64,000 nucleotides of DNA from Bifidobacteriaceae bacterium UBA2724 (lineage in GTDB: Bacteria > Actinomycetota > Actinomycetes > Actinomycetales > Bifidobacteriaceae), in the NCBI GenBank assembly GCA_002353815.1, contig DEKK01000012.1:117154-181153 (forward strand), read 5' to 3'. The notes under the pieces are model-generated. The model saw only the letters and a program-made list of their open reading frames with translations, made no database searches and was not told the DNA's origin. Positions 38,719 through 48,228 of this stretch are shown in pieces. The position numbers were made by a program, and so were the translations under genes. How positions within the stretch are numbered: position 1 is the stretch's first letter; each line of letters opens with the position of its first letter.

Positions 38719-39594
38719 ATGACCGATACCGTTCTTTACCAGCGCAACCCCTCTTACATCCCCCGCGTCGCCGCCGTGCACGACATGTGCGGATACGGCA
38801 AGTGCTCGCTGACCGCGGCCATCCCGATTCTCTCCGCCGCGGGATGCGACGTGTGCCCCGTCCCCACGGGTCTGTTCTCCGCCCACACGCGCTATGAGGT
38901 GTTCACCTTCCACGACACCACCGACATCCTTTCCGGCTATCTGGACGCCTGGCAGAAGGAGAACGTCGAGCTCGACGCCGTGTATTCGGGCTTCCTCGGC
39001 AGCGCCGACCAGGTGGCGATCATCAAGCGCCTGTACAAGGAGTATCCGAACGTGCTGCGCCTCGTGGACCCGTGCATGGGCGACGGCGGCCAGATCTACA
39101 CCACGTACACCAAAGAGCTGTGCGACGCGATGTGCGGCCTCGCCGACGGCGCCGACGTGCTCATGCCGAACCTCACCGAGGCCGCGATCCTGGCGGGCAT
39201 CGACTATCCGGGGCAGGACATCGACGACGCCACCGTGGACTCGATCCTCGGCAAGCTGCTCGACATGGGCGCCAAGTCCGTGGTCCTCAAGGGCATCGAC
39301 CGCAACGACGGCATGCTGCGCAACTACGTCGTCACCGCCAAGGACGGCGTGGCGGGCAAGATCGAACTCCCCCACGAGAAGCTGCCGTTCATGATCCACG
39401 GCACGGGCGACGCGTTCGCCTCGGCTCTGTGCGGTGCCGTGATGGCGGGCCGCGGGCTCGCCGAAGCCGCCACCATCGCCGGCACGTTCGTGCACGACGC
39501 CATGGTGTCGACCCGCGACCAGCCGCGTTACGAAGAGCGTGGCGTGAGCTTCGAGCTCGTGCTCAACGAAATGACCGCTCTCGTCACGCGCTGA
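38719..39594 (+). CDS. pdxK: Pyridoxal/pyridoxamine kinase
   Basis: HDMCGYGKCSL, SAHT, YSGFLGS, VDPCMGD, PNLTEA, HGTGDAFAS. Confidence 0.88.
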   Translation: MTDTVLYQRNPSYIPRVAAVHDMCGYGKCSLTAAIPILSAAGCDVCPVPTGLFSAHTRYEVFTFHDTTDILSGYLDAWQKENVELDAVYSGFLGSADQVAIIKRLYKEYPNVLRLVDPCMGDGGQIYTTYTKELCDAMCGLADGADVLMPNLTEAAILAGIDYPGQDIDDATVDSILGKLLDMGAKSVVLKGIDRNDGMLRNYVVTAKDGVAGKIELPHEKLPFMIHGTGDAFASALCGAVMAGRGLAEAATIAGTFVHDAMVSTRDQPRYEERGVSFELVLNEMTALVTR

Positions 39595-39623
39595 ACCAGC
39601 TGCCTCCGATATCTTCCGGCATC

Positions 39624-39738
39624 AGGCCAAGGCGCCCCATGATGGCGCGCCTTGGCCTCCGGCGTTCCCCACCGCTCCGCCGCATCCGTTCCGCCGATTC
39701 CCCGCGAATCCCGGCCGGATGCGGCGGAGTTTCGTTTT
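39624..39738 (+). terminator. Two hairpins after pdxK, the second with a U-tract
   Basis: AGGCCAAGGCGC/GCGCCTTGGCCT at 39624-39658. CTCCGCCGCATCCG/CGGATGCGGCGGAG + TTTCGTTTT at 39675-39738. Confidence 0.7.
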
Positions 39739-39791
39739 CCGGGCCGATGCGGCCAGGAGCGACGGCGCGGGGCGACGGCGCGGGGCGCCAG

Positions 39792-39851
39792 TTATCCACA
39801 TGGGGTTGTCCACAGCCGTCAACACTCGTACACATTTTCGTTTGTCGTTCC
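39792..39851 (+). promoter_or_regulatory. Two DnaA boxes plus the shared competence-promoter motif upstream of yraN
   Basis: TTATCCACA 39792-39800, TTGTCCACA 39806-39814, ACACATTTTCG 39830-39840, GTTCC 39847-39851. Confidence 0.75.
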
Positions 39852-39883
39852 CGTCCCCGGCCACCGCGTGTTTGACTGGGCGC

Positions 39884-40333
39884 ATGAACACTCACAACGA
39901 CCCACGGAACACCGCGAAGGCCTTGGAACCGCTGGCCGCACGACTGACCGACGGCAGCCTGTCGCCCCATGAGCTCGGCCGCGCCGGCGAGGACTACGCC
40001 TGCGCTCTGCTCCGGACGCACGGATGGCGCGTCCTCGATCGCAACTGGCATTCCCGTTATGGCGAACTCGACATCGTCGGCGTCGACACCGACGGGTGCC
40101 TCGTTTTCGTCGAGGTGAAAACGCGCCGCGGAGTCGCCCACGGCACGTCCAAGGAAGCCGTCACCGAGCACAAGCGCACGGCGCTGCGCCACACGTCCTA
40201 CCAATGGTTGCGCGAACACCCCATGCCCGCACTCGCCATGCGCCACGACGTCATGGCCATCACCGTGCACCTTCCCCGCCCCGGCGAACCCGCCGCCCTC
40301 CCCCAGGTCGAGATGGTCAAGGGGGCGTTCTGA
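39884..40333 (+). CDS. yraN: YraN family nuclease (UPF0102)
   Basis: LGRAGEDYA, RNWHSRYGELDIV, LVFVEVKTR, RHDV. TGATG overlap with comM. Confidence 0.9.
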   Translation: MNTHNDPRNTAKALEPLAARLTDGSLSPHELGRAGEDYACALLRTHGWRVLDRNWHSRYGELDIVGVDTDGCLVFVEVKTRRGVAHGTSKEAVTEHKRTALRHTSYQWLREHPMPALAMRHDVMAITVHLPRPGEPAALPQVEMVKGAF

Positions 40334-41871
40334 TGCGCATCGGTTCCGCACTGTCCGTAGGCCTCATCGGCCTCAAGACGTTCCTCATCCAAGTGCAGGC
40401 GTTCATCTCACCCGGACTTCCTTATTTTTCAATCATCGGCCTGCCCGACACCTCGCTCAGCGAGGCGCGCGAACGTGTGAAATCGGCGTGCAAGGCCTGT
40501 TCGTTCGCATGGCCGGACACCCGCGTGACGGTCAACATGTCACCGGCTTCGCTTCCCAAACGCGGGTCCATGCACGACATGGCCATCGCCGCGGCCGTCC
40601 TGGAGGCGGCGCATGTCATCGACGCCGACGCGACGTCGAACGCGCTGGCACTGGGAGAGCTCAATCTGGACGGCACGGTGCTGCCCGTCACCGGCATGCT
40701 GCCGATCCTCATGCACGCCAGGTCGCAAGGCATCGCACGCGCATACGTCCCCGAGGCGAACATGGACGAGGCGCGCCTCGTTCCGGGCATCGAACCGGTG
40801 CCCATCCGCCATCTGGGCGAGTTCATGGAACGATGCGGCGGCAAAGCCTCATGGAACCTCGACACGAGCATCGACCTGCGCTCCACCGGCGACGACGCCC
40901 AGTCGACGGAGACGCAGCATCTCGAACGGCTCGACATGAGCCAGGTGATCGGCCAGAGCGACACGAAATGGGCGCTCGAAGTGGCCGCGGCGGGCGGCCA
41001 TCACATCCTCATGACCGGTCCGCCCGGCACGGGCAAGACGATGCTGGCCTCGCGCCTTCCGGGAATCCTTCCGCCCCTTGACGAAAGGGAACAGCTTGAA
41101 GTGGCGCAGATCCGATCGATATGCGGCACGCTGCCGGAGTTCGGCATCTCGGACATCCCGCCCTTCGAAGCGCCGCACCACACGGCGTCGGTGGCCTCTC
41201 TCGCGGGCGGTGGATCGGGCATCGCCCAGCCGGGTGCCATCACTCGGGCGCACAACGGCGTGCTGTTCCTTGACGAAGCGCCCGAATTCTCGCCCCGCGC
41301 ATTGCAATCGTTGCGCGAGCCGCTGGAGACCGGCTTCGTGTCGCTGTCACGGGCACGGGGCACGACCCTGTATCCCGCGAGGTTCCAGCTGGCGATGGCC
41401 GCCAACCCGTGCCCCTGCGGGCATGGGTGGGGACGGGCCGAGAACTGCACTTGCAAACCCCAGGAACGCATGAGGTATTGGAACCGGCTGTCGGGACCGA
41501 TTCTCGACCGCATTGACATCCAGGTCGACGTGCCGCCCGTGACGTCGCTGGATACTCCCAGCGAGCCGCCGGAAAGCAGCGCGCAGATCCGGAAACGCGT
41601 GGTAGCCGCCCGCGCCGCGGCATGCGAGCGCTTCGCCGAGCAAGGCTGGTGCTGCAACGCCCAGGCGAGCGGAGAGTGGCTGCGGGCGCACACCCCTCCC
41701 GCGGCGCGTCGTTGCGTGGATGAAGCCCTGAGGGAGGAACGCCTCTCGCTGCGCGGCGCCGACCGCGCACTGCGCCTCGCCTGGACGCTTGCGGATCTGG
41801 AAGGAAAGACGATCCCCGACGCCGACGACACGGCTGCGGGAATCATGCTCAGGACGAGGTTACGACAATGA
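40333..41871 (+). CDS. comM: ComM/YifB Mg-chelatase-like AAA+ ATPase
   Basis: IIGLPDTSLSEARERV, Walker A GPPGTGKT, PFEAPHHT, LFLDEAPEF, AANPCPCG, LSGPILDRIDI, RLAWTLADL. Confidence 0.93.
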   Translation: MRIGSALSVGLIGLKTFLIQVQAFISPGLPYFSIIGLPDTSLSEARERVKSACKACSFAWPDTRVTVNMSPASLPKRGSMHDMAIAAAVLEAAHVIDADATSNALALGELNLDGTVLPVTGMLPILMHARSQGIARAYVPEANMDEARLVPGIEPVPIRHLGEFMERCGGKASWNLDTSIDLRSTGDDAQSTETQHLERLDMSQVIGQSDTKWALEVAAAGGHHILMTGPPGTGKTMLASRLPGILPPLDEREQLEVAQIRSICGTLPEFGISDIPPFEAPHHTASVASLAGGGSGIAQPGAITRAHNGVLFLDEAPEFSPRALQSLREPLETGFVSLSRARGTTLYPARFQLAMAANPCPCGHGWGRAENCTCKPQERMRYWNRLSGPILDRIDIQVDVPPVTSLDTPSEPPESSAQIRKRVVAARAAACERFAEQGWCCNAQASGEWLRAHTPPAARRCVDEALREERLSLRGADRALRLAWTLADLEGKTIPDADDTAAGIMLRTRLRQ

Positions 41872-43418
41872 ACGACATCACCGGCACCAACCACGCCGCC
41901 GATGCCCACGGCGGCAACATGACAGGGCCGAACGCCCCGGTGGACGCTGCACGGGTCACGCCGCCACGAGCCGCACCGCGCACAGCAGCGCCATCACGGG
42001 AAACGGCGCCGGACGCGCAGACGATGGAGACGGAGCGGAGCACGGAAGCCATCGCGCACGCCATCGCCCTGGCCGCTCTGGTCGCGGTCAGCGATGGGGC
42101 CGACGTACTCATGACGACATTGACGCGTCTCATGCCCGCGTGGGAGATCTGGCAGATCCTGCGCGAGGCCTCGGATCCCACGCGGGAGCTCCTCGCCCGC
42201 GCCGTGGCGGATGACGAGACCCGGATGCGCTTCATGAGCGACGCGAAGCGGAAATCGGCGTGGACGTCGCGCATCGCCCAATGGGCGCACCGCGCCCGCG
42301 ACCTGCCCCGCGACGGAGAGGAGCTGCGGGACCTTCTGAGCGGCGAGGGCAGATACCGCATCGTCACTCCGGCCGACGCCTGCTGGCCAGGGCAGCTGGA
42401 CGACCTCGACGATGCACCGCTGTGCCTGTGGACGCTGGGAGACGCGCGATGCCTTGCGGCCTGCCGCAGTATGGTCGCCGTGGTCGGGTCCCGGGAGGCG
42501 AACGCGTATGGTGTCCGCGCCGCGCGGTCGATTGCCTCCACTGCAGCCAGCGCCGGCCATGTCGTGGTCTCGGGCGGGGCGCTGGGCATCGACGCGGCGG
42601 CTCACCACGCGGCCCTCGAAGCCCGGCGCGGAGCCACCGTCGCGGTGATGGCAGGCGGATTGGTCCACATGGGCCCCTCGTCCAACCTCGGGCTGTTCGA
42701 CGACATCATCGCCGCCCACGGCGCCGTGATCAGCGAGGTCGCGCCGCAGACCGTTCCTCTGGCACGCAGGTTCCTGGTCCGCAACCGCATCATCGCGGCG
42801 CTGGCCGGCATCGTGGTCGTGGCGCAGGCCCGGTATCGGTCCGGCGCCATCAACACCGCCACCCACGCGGCGCGGCTCAACCGCGCGGTGATGGCCGTCC
42901 CTGGCGACATCGATGCGGCGAGCAACGCCGGATGCAACGAGCTCATCTACAACGGCAAGGCGATACTGCTGCCGCGCCCCGGCGCCGTGCTCGACATGAT
43001 CGTCGAACGACACGACCCGCCCCGCGACGGCGAGCTCTTCGACCCGTCGCAGACCGAAACCGCACCGCGCATGGGCGTTTCCCGCCCATGTCTCGTGGAA
43101 GAGGCGGCTGACACCGCCCCGGCACGCGCAGATGCGAATCCTACAGACGTGGATTCCACAGACGAGGGCCCCGCAGGCGAAAGCGCAGTCCCGCCACCGC
43201 CCGGAGCGGGGAGCGACATGGGCGGAACCATCGTGAAAGCGATCCGCGCATTGCGGCGCCAGAGGCATCCCACCGATGCCGAATCCATCCGTGCATACCT
43301 GCGGGCCCATGGATTCGCGTCCGTCACGGTGCGCCAGACGGCGACGCATCTGGGAACCCTCGAGATGGAGGGGAAGGTAACGAGGCAGGACAATGGCACG
43401 TTCCGGCTGCGATGCTGA
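41868..43418 (+). CDS. dprA: DNA-processing protein DprA
   Basis: VAVVGSREANAYG, VSGGALGIDAAAH, FLVRNRIIAAL, RSGAINTA, VPGDID..SNAGCNELI, C-terminal winged helix. Confidence 0.93.
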   Translation: MNDITGTNHAADAHGGNMTGPNAPVDAARVTPPRAAPRTAAPSRETAPDAQTMETERSTEAIAHAIALAALVAVSDGADVLMTTLTRLMPAWEIWQILREASDPTRELLARAVADDETRMRFMSDAKRKSAWTSRIAQWAHRARDLPRDGEELRDLLSGEGRYRIVTPADACWPGQLDDLDDAPLCLWTLGDARCLAACRSMVAVVGSREANAYGVRAARSIASTAASAGHVVVSGGALGIDAAAHHAALEARRGATVAVMAGGLVHMGPSSNLGLFDDIIAAHGAVISEVAPQTVPLARRFLVRNRIIAALAGIVVVAQARYRSGAINTATHAARLNRAVMAVPGDIDAASNAGCNELIYNGKAILLPRPGAVLDMIVERHDPPRDGELFDPSQTETAPRMGVSRPCLVEEAADTAPARADANPTDVDSTDEGPAGESAVPPPPGAGSDMGGTIVKAIRALRRQRHPTDAESIRAYLRAHGFASVTVRQTATHLGTLEMEGKVTRQDNGTFRLRC

Positions 43419-43458
43419 GCCAACCGGGATGGTGCCGTTGGCGCTGTCCCCAGTTCTG

Positions 43459-43547
43459 GCTCGCATCCGGGCACCGCGGACCGTTGATCATAGGCGCGGC
43501 CAACGTAGAAAGGCGACAGCTCACATCCGGGCACCGCGGACCGTTGA
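43459..43547. repeat. Two 29-bp direct repeats with a 60-bp period
   Basis: GCTC(G/A)CATCCGGGCACCGCGGACCGTTGA at 43459-43487 and 43519-43547, separated by 31 unrelated nt. Confidence 0.85.
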
Positions 43548-43694
43548 CAACGTCCGTGCCTTCCGACAAGCCCACCGCGCCCGGTCATCTTCGTCGGCAC
43601 CGCCCTTCGCCTTGGCGCGACCGCCGGCAAAGCCCCTCAATCCCCTCACATTCCCGCCGCGGCACTGTTGCGGGGTCGTGACACAATCAAAGGC

Positions 43695-45545
43695 ATGAGT
43701 CCTCAACAGGTGAAAGACAAGTATGATCTCATCATCGTCGGCGCCGGCGCGGCGGGGTTGTCGGCCGCCCTCGGCTTCCTGCGTTCCTATGATCTGACCG
43801 GGGCGAGCGCATACCCCGACGTGCTTGTCATCTCGAAGCTGCAATCGCTGCGCTCCCACACGGGTTCGGCGGAAGGCGGCATCGCGGCCTCGCTGGGCAA
43901 TGTGGAAAAGGACGATTGGCACTGGCATTACTTCGACACTGTCAAAGGCGGCGACTATCTGGTCGACCAGGACATGGCCGAGATTCTCGCCCGCGAGGCC
44001 CCGGCCACCGTTGTGCAGCTCGAACACGATGGCGTGGCGTTCTCCCGTCTGGACAACGGCAAGATAGCGCAGCGTCTGTTCGGCGGGCACACGTCGAATT
44101 TCGGCGAACAGTCCGTGCACCGCACGGCGTATGCCGCCGACCGCATCGGCCACCAGATTCTTCACTCCCTGTGGCAGCAATGCGTGGCCGAGGACGTCGA
44201 ATTCGCCGAGGAATGGTACGTGACCGACCTCGCCATCGAACGCAACGACGGCGCAGAGGCGACGTGCAGCGGAGTCGTGGTGCTCGACACGCACACCGGC
44301 GAGCTCCATGAACTCAAGGCATCGAACGTCATCATCGCCACCGGAGGGGCGGGGCGACTGTTCCACACCACGTCGAATTCCTGGGATCTGACAGGCGATG
44401 GGCTCGCCCTCGCCGTGCGCGCCGGGCTCAAACTGGAAGACAGCGAATTCGTGCAGTTCCACCCCACGGGACTGGCCCACACGGGCATCCTGCTGTCCGA
44501 GGCCGCGCGTGGCGAAGGCGGCGTGCTGCGCAACAGCGAGGGCGAGGCTTTCATGAAGCGGTACGCGCCCGAGCACGCCGACCTGTCGGCCCGCGACGTC
44601 GTCACCCGGTCCATCGCATCCGAGGTCAGGGCCGGCCGTGGTGTCGCCGACCCCCTCGACCCAGACGGCCCCAAGGACTGCGTCTGGCTCGACCTGAGGT
44701 CCTTGGGCCGCGACATCCTCGAATCCAAACTGCCCGAGGTGTATTCGACAATCAGGAATTACGCGGGCATCGATGCCGCCACCGATCTCGTGCCGGTGAA
44801 ACCGACCGCGCATTACACGATGGGAGGCATCCCCATCAACGCGAACGGCGAGGTCTATGACTACCACGACGGCGCACGGCATATCGTAACGGGATTGTAT
44901 GCGGCCGGCGAATGCTCGTGCGGCAGCGTGCACGGCGCGAACCGCCTCGGCGCCAACTCGCTGCTCGACGCCTGCCTATTCGGACACCGTTCGGGAGTTG
45001 CCGTCGCGCATCGCGTCATGGACGCCGCTTCGGACGCCCCTCTGCCGGACGCCGGCACGCGCGCGTTGGATGCGGCGTACGCAGACCGCAAGAACGCCAT
45101 CGCAGCCATCCTCGCCCCCACGGGTTCTGCCGCATCGGACAACGCCTCCGAATCCAACCCCTACGCGCTCATGTCGGCGCTGGGCGGACTCATGGAAAAG
45201 GATTGCGCCATCCGATGCAACACGGAAAGCATCGCCGACGCACAGCGCGTGATAAAGACCCAGCTCGCCCCGCAGGCCGAGGCCCTCACCGCGCACAGCG
45301 ACGTGGCGGAGTTCAACCAGGAGCTCACCGCGATCATGGAGGTGCGCAACCTCATCACCGTCGCACAGGTCATGCTGGCCGCCACCGCCGCCCGCAAGGA
45401 ATCGCGCGGCTCGCTGTTCCGCACGGACTGCCCCGAGCGCGACGATGCCAACTTCCTCAAGCATTCCCATGTCGACGCGCAGGGAGCTGTCGAATGGGAA
45501 CCTGTGACGATCAAGGACTTCAAGCCCGAGGCCCGCACATACTGA
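43695..45545 (+). CDS. sdhA: Succinate dehydrogenase/fumarate reductase flavoprotein subunit
   Basis: IVGAGAAG, covalent-FAD motif RSHTGSAEGG, QFHPTG, SEAARGEGG, HYTMGG, HGANRLGANSL, RKESRG. Confidence 0.95.
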   Translation: MSPQQVKDKYDLIIVGAGAAGLSAALGFLRSYDLTGASAYPDVLVISKLQSLRSHTGSAEGGIAASLGNVEKDDWHWHYFDTVKGGDYLVDQDMAEILAREAPATVVQLEHDGVAFSRLDNGKIAQRLFGGHTSNFGEQSVHRTAYAADRIGHQILHSLWQQCVAEDVEFAEEWYVTDLAIERNDGAEATCSGVVVLDTHTGELHELKASNVIIATGGAGRLFHTTSNSWDLTGDGLALAVRAGLKLEDSEFVQFHPTGLAHTGILLSEAARGEGGVLRNSEGEAFMKRYAPEHADLSARDVVTRSIASEVRAGRGVADPLDPDGPKDCVWLDLRSLGRDILESKLPEVYSTIRNYAGIDAATDLVPVKPTAHYTMGGIPINANGEVYDYHDGARHIVTGLYAAGECSCGSVHGANRLGANSLLDACLFGHRSGVAVAHRVMDAASDAPLPDAGTRALDAAYADRKNAIAAILAPTGSAASDNASESNPYALMSALGGLMEKDCAIRCNTESIADAQRVIKTQLAPQAEALTAHSDVAEFNQELTAIMEVRNLITVAQVMLAATAARKESRGSLFRTDCPERDDANFLKHSHVDAQGAVEWEPVTIKDFKPEARTY

Positions 45546-45570
45546 CGCGAAGCAGAAAGGAGCACCAGCA

Positions 45571-47127
45571 ATGACAAGCACAGAGCAGATGATCACCGTC
45601 ACGTTGCGCGTCCACCGCTTCGCGCCCCAGGCACAGACAGCGCCGCAGGCGCAGGAGGCCAAGCAGCCCGACGCCCCGCAGCGCCGCAGGCGCCACAGCA
45701 GTCCGTTCGCTCGACTTGACGCCAAACGCGCACACGGCGGCGATGGCACCGACGGCGCGAACCGCTCGTTCGCCTCGGCACGCCGCCGCGAACACGTGAG
45801 CCCCTTCGCACGGCTCGACGCCCAACGCGCCGCCAACGACACCAACGCCAACAGCGCAGCCAGCGCATCCACGCCGGCCGCAGCACCCGCCCCCGCACAC
45901 CGCCGCCACGACCACGTGAGCCCTTTCGCACGGCTCGACGCCCAACGCGCCACCAACGACGCCAACACCGACGCCAACACCGACACCAACACCGACACCA
46001 ACACCGACACCAACACCGGCACCAACGCCGCCAACGCATCCACGCCGGCCGCAGCACCCGCCCCCGCACACCGCCGCCGCGACCACGTGAGCCCCTTCGC
46101 ACGGCTCGACGCGCAGAAGGGCGCATCCCTCGCGGCAGCGACAGACGCTTCCCCCACCCCGGCCCCGCGGGCAACGGAAAACGCCTCCGCCGCCGTTTCC
46201 ATCGACCAGTTCCCCTACCTCATGCCCACGCACCGCCGCGCGCCCCGCCATGCGCACGCGCTTACGTCGCGCCGCGCGGCATCCACGCTCGGCGGAGCCC
46301 CGGTCGCAGGAGGATTCGCCGGCTCCAACGGCGGACGCGCCTGGATCCAGGAATACACGCTCGTCACCAACCCGCAGACGTCGCTGCTCGACTGCCTGCT
46401 GCGCATCAAACGCGAACAGGACCCGACGCTGGCATTCCGCTACTCCTGCGGGCACGGCATGTGCGGCTCCGACGCCGTGGCGATCAACGGCACCCCTTCG
46501 CTGCTGTGCAAGACCACGGTGGCGCAGGCCGCGGCGAGTGCGAAAACCGATTCGGGATTCCGCCACACCGCCCCTTCCGATGCCTCCGCGCCATCGGAAG
46601 CGCGCTCCGGCGCGGCAACCGAGGACAACGCACTGCCCGATTCCGTCACCATCGACCTTGCGCCCATCGCCGGATTCGAGCAAAAACGCGACCTCATCGC
46701 CGACATCGAGCCCATGCTCGACCAGATCCGCGCACTCGCCCCGTATCTCGAGGCCCGCGGTGACCTGGCCCGCACGGCGGACGGCAAGATCAACGTTTTC
46801 GAATACCTGCAGTCCCCCGAACAGCTGGCGAAATACGAACAGCTCACCACCTGCATCGCCTGCGGCGCGTGCGAGGCGAGCTGCCCCGTCTTCGTCGGCG
46901 GCGACGCATTCGTCGGCCCGGCAGCGCTCGTCAACCAGATCCGTTTCGTCGAAGATTCCCGCGACGGCAAATCCGCCGACCGCATGAAAGCCTTGGGCGA
47001 ATCCGACGGACTCTCCGCATGCCAGTCCGTGCGCGCCTGCGGCCTGAACTGCCCGCAGGGCATCGACGTGGGCGAAGTCATCTGGCAGTTCATCCAGCGC
47101 ACCCAGACCATGCAGCAGGAGGGCTGA
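45571..47127 (+). CDS. sdhB: Succinate dehydrogenase/fumarate reductase iron-sulfur subunit with a large repeat insertion
   Basis: 2Fe-2S CGHGMCGSD...C, 4Fe-4S CIACGACEASCP, 3Fe-4S CQSVRACGLNCP. About 235 aa inserted near the N-terminus. Confidence 0.9.
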   Translation: MTSTEQMITVTLRVHRFAPQAQTAPQAQEAKQPDAPQRRRRHSSPFARLDAKRAHGGDGTDGANRSFASARRREHVSPFARLDAQRAANDTNANSAASASTPAAAPAPAHRRHDHVSPFARLDAQRATNDANTDANTDTNTDTNTDTNTGTNAANASTPAAAPAPAHRRRDHVSPFARLDAQKGASLAAATDASPTPAPRATENASAAVSIDQFPYLMPTHRRAPRHAHALTSRRAASTLGGAPVAGGFAGSNGGRAWIQEYTLVTNPQTSLLDCLLRIKREQDPTLAFRYSCGHGMCGSDAVAINGTPSLLCKTTVAQAAASAKTDSGFRHTAPSDASAPSEARSGAATEDNALPDSVTIDLAPIAGFEQKRDLIADIEPMLDQIRALAPYLEARGDLARTADGKINVFEYLQSPEQLAKYEQLTTCIACGACEASCPVFVGGDAFVGPAALVNQIRFVEDSRDGKSADRMKALGESDGLSACQSVRACGLNCPQGIDVGEVIWQFIQRTQTMQQEG

Positions 47128-47360
47128 GAGGAGCCCCGCGGCGGAGTCCGTCTCCATCTGCCCGGCTTCGCGGATTCCCGGCGTCTCCGCCATCCCGCCC
47201 GCCGTGGCTGGATCGCCCCACCCCGTCTTCCGGGCACTGCCTTCAAGGCCATCCACCCTACCGGGCCCTGCCCCGCGTCCATCCCCGCCCGCACCTCGCA
47301 GCGTGTCCAAAGGTGGACATTTTCTTCATCCCTGCCCTTTTTCTCTGTACGCTTGCAACC

Positions 47361-48032
47361 ATGAGCCTGAATGTGTATGAAAACATCGCCCGCGGCTGGG
47401 ATTTCATCGAAGACGAGGCCTTGCAGCAAGAGACGGACATCGAGAAAACCGCACGTCGTGAACTCAAAAGCGAGGGGCTGCGCGCCTGCTTTGCATCGCA
47501 GGCATCGTTCATCGCCCATGAAGCGCAGGCCGTGAGGGCACAGTCGGTCATCCTCCTCGGAGGCGCGCCGGTCATCGAGGCCATGCACCTCGCCGACACC
47601 CTCGTCAGCGAAGGCCAGGTGACGATCATCGACACGTCGAAGCCCGCCACCCAGCTGGCTTCGCGACTGTTCAAGTCATTCGAAGACACGAGCACCATCC
47701 GCGTGCGCATCATCAACACAAGCGGCGACGTGTACCTGCCGCGCCTCAATTCGATGGATTACGACATAATCGTGGCCGGCGGCTCCCCCGAGAACTACAC
47801 CACCGCCTACGAAAACGCCGAACGCCTGCTTCATCGCGGCGGCGAGCTGATTTTCAGCGACATCCTCGCCTATCTCAACGAAGACTCAAAGGGAGGCGTT
47901 CCGAATCCCGCCGACCGCACGTCCAAGGCGACCTCCATGCGTTCCCTGATGAAGCAGCTCAAGGACGACGACCGCTTCTCGTCCACGCTCGTTTCGGTCG
48001 GCACCGGCCTGTCTCTCAGCGTGCTTCGTTAG
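47361..48032 (+). CDS. O-methyltransferase-like protein (degenerate SAM motif)
   Basis: Rossmann-like order (VILLGG, VTIID, LPRLNSMDYDIIV, RLLHRGGELIFSD, VGTGLSL). Start placed 7 nt after a TACGCT hexamer. Confidence 0.65.
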   Translation: MSLNVYENIARGWDFIEDEALQQETDIEKTARRELKSEGLRACFASQASFIAHEAQAVRAQSVILLGGAPVIEAMHLADTLVSEGQVTIIDTSKPATQLASRLFKSFEDTSTIRVRIINTSGDVYLPRLNSMDYDIIVAGGSPENYTTAYENAERLLHRGGELIFSDILAYLNEDSKGGVPNPADRTSKATSMRSLMKQLKDDDRFSSTLVSVGTGLSLSVLR

Positions 48033-48228
48033 CCTTTTCGGATGGGTTCCGCCCTCCGTGGCGCCAATCCATCGCATCGGCCGAATGACCGGAAACGAAC
48101 AGAATGCCCGGTCATGGCATATCCACGTCCGGGCATTCTGCGTTACAAAGGCATGCGAACCGCGGGATTCCCCCCCTATCGCGCCACTCATTCGACCGCC
48201 CCCTACGCCGAGAGAGCGGCCCATCGAA

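Noticed and set aside
43459-43547. CRISPR array
   Set aside because: Only two repeats, no leader and no cas genes in the window. Kept as an unexplained repeat.
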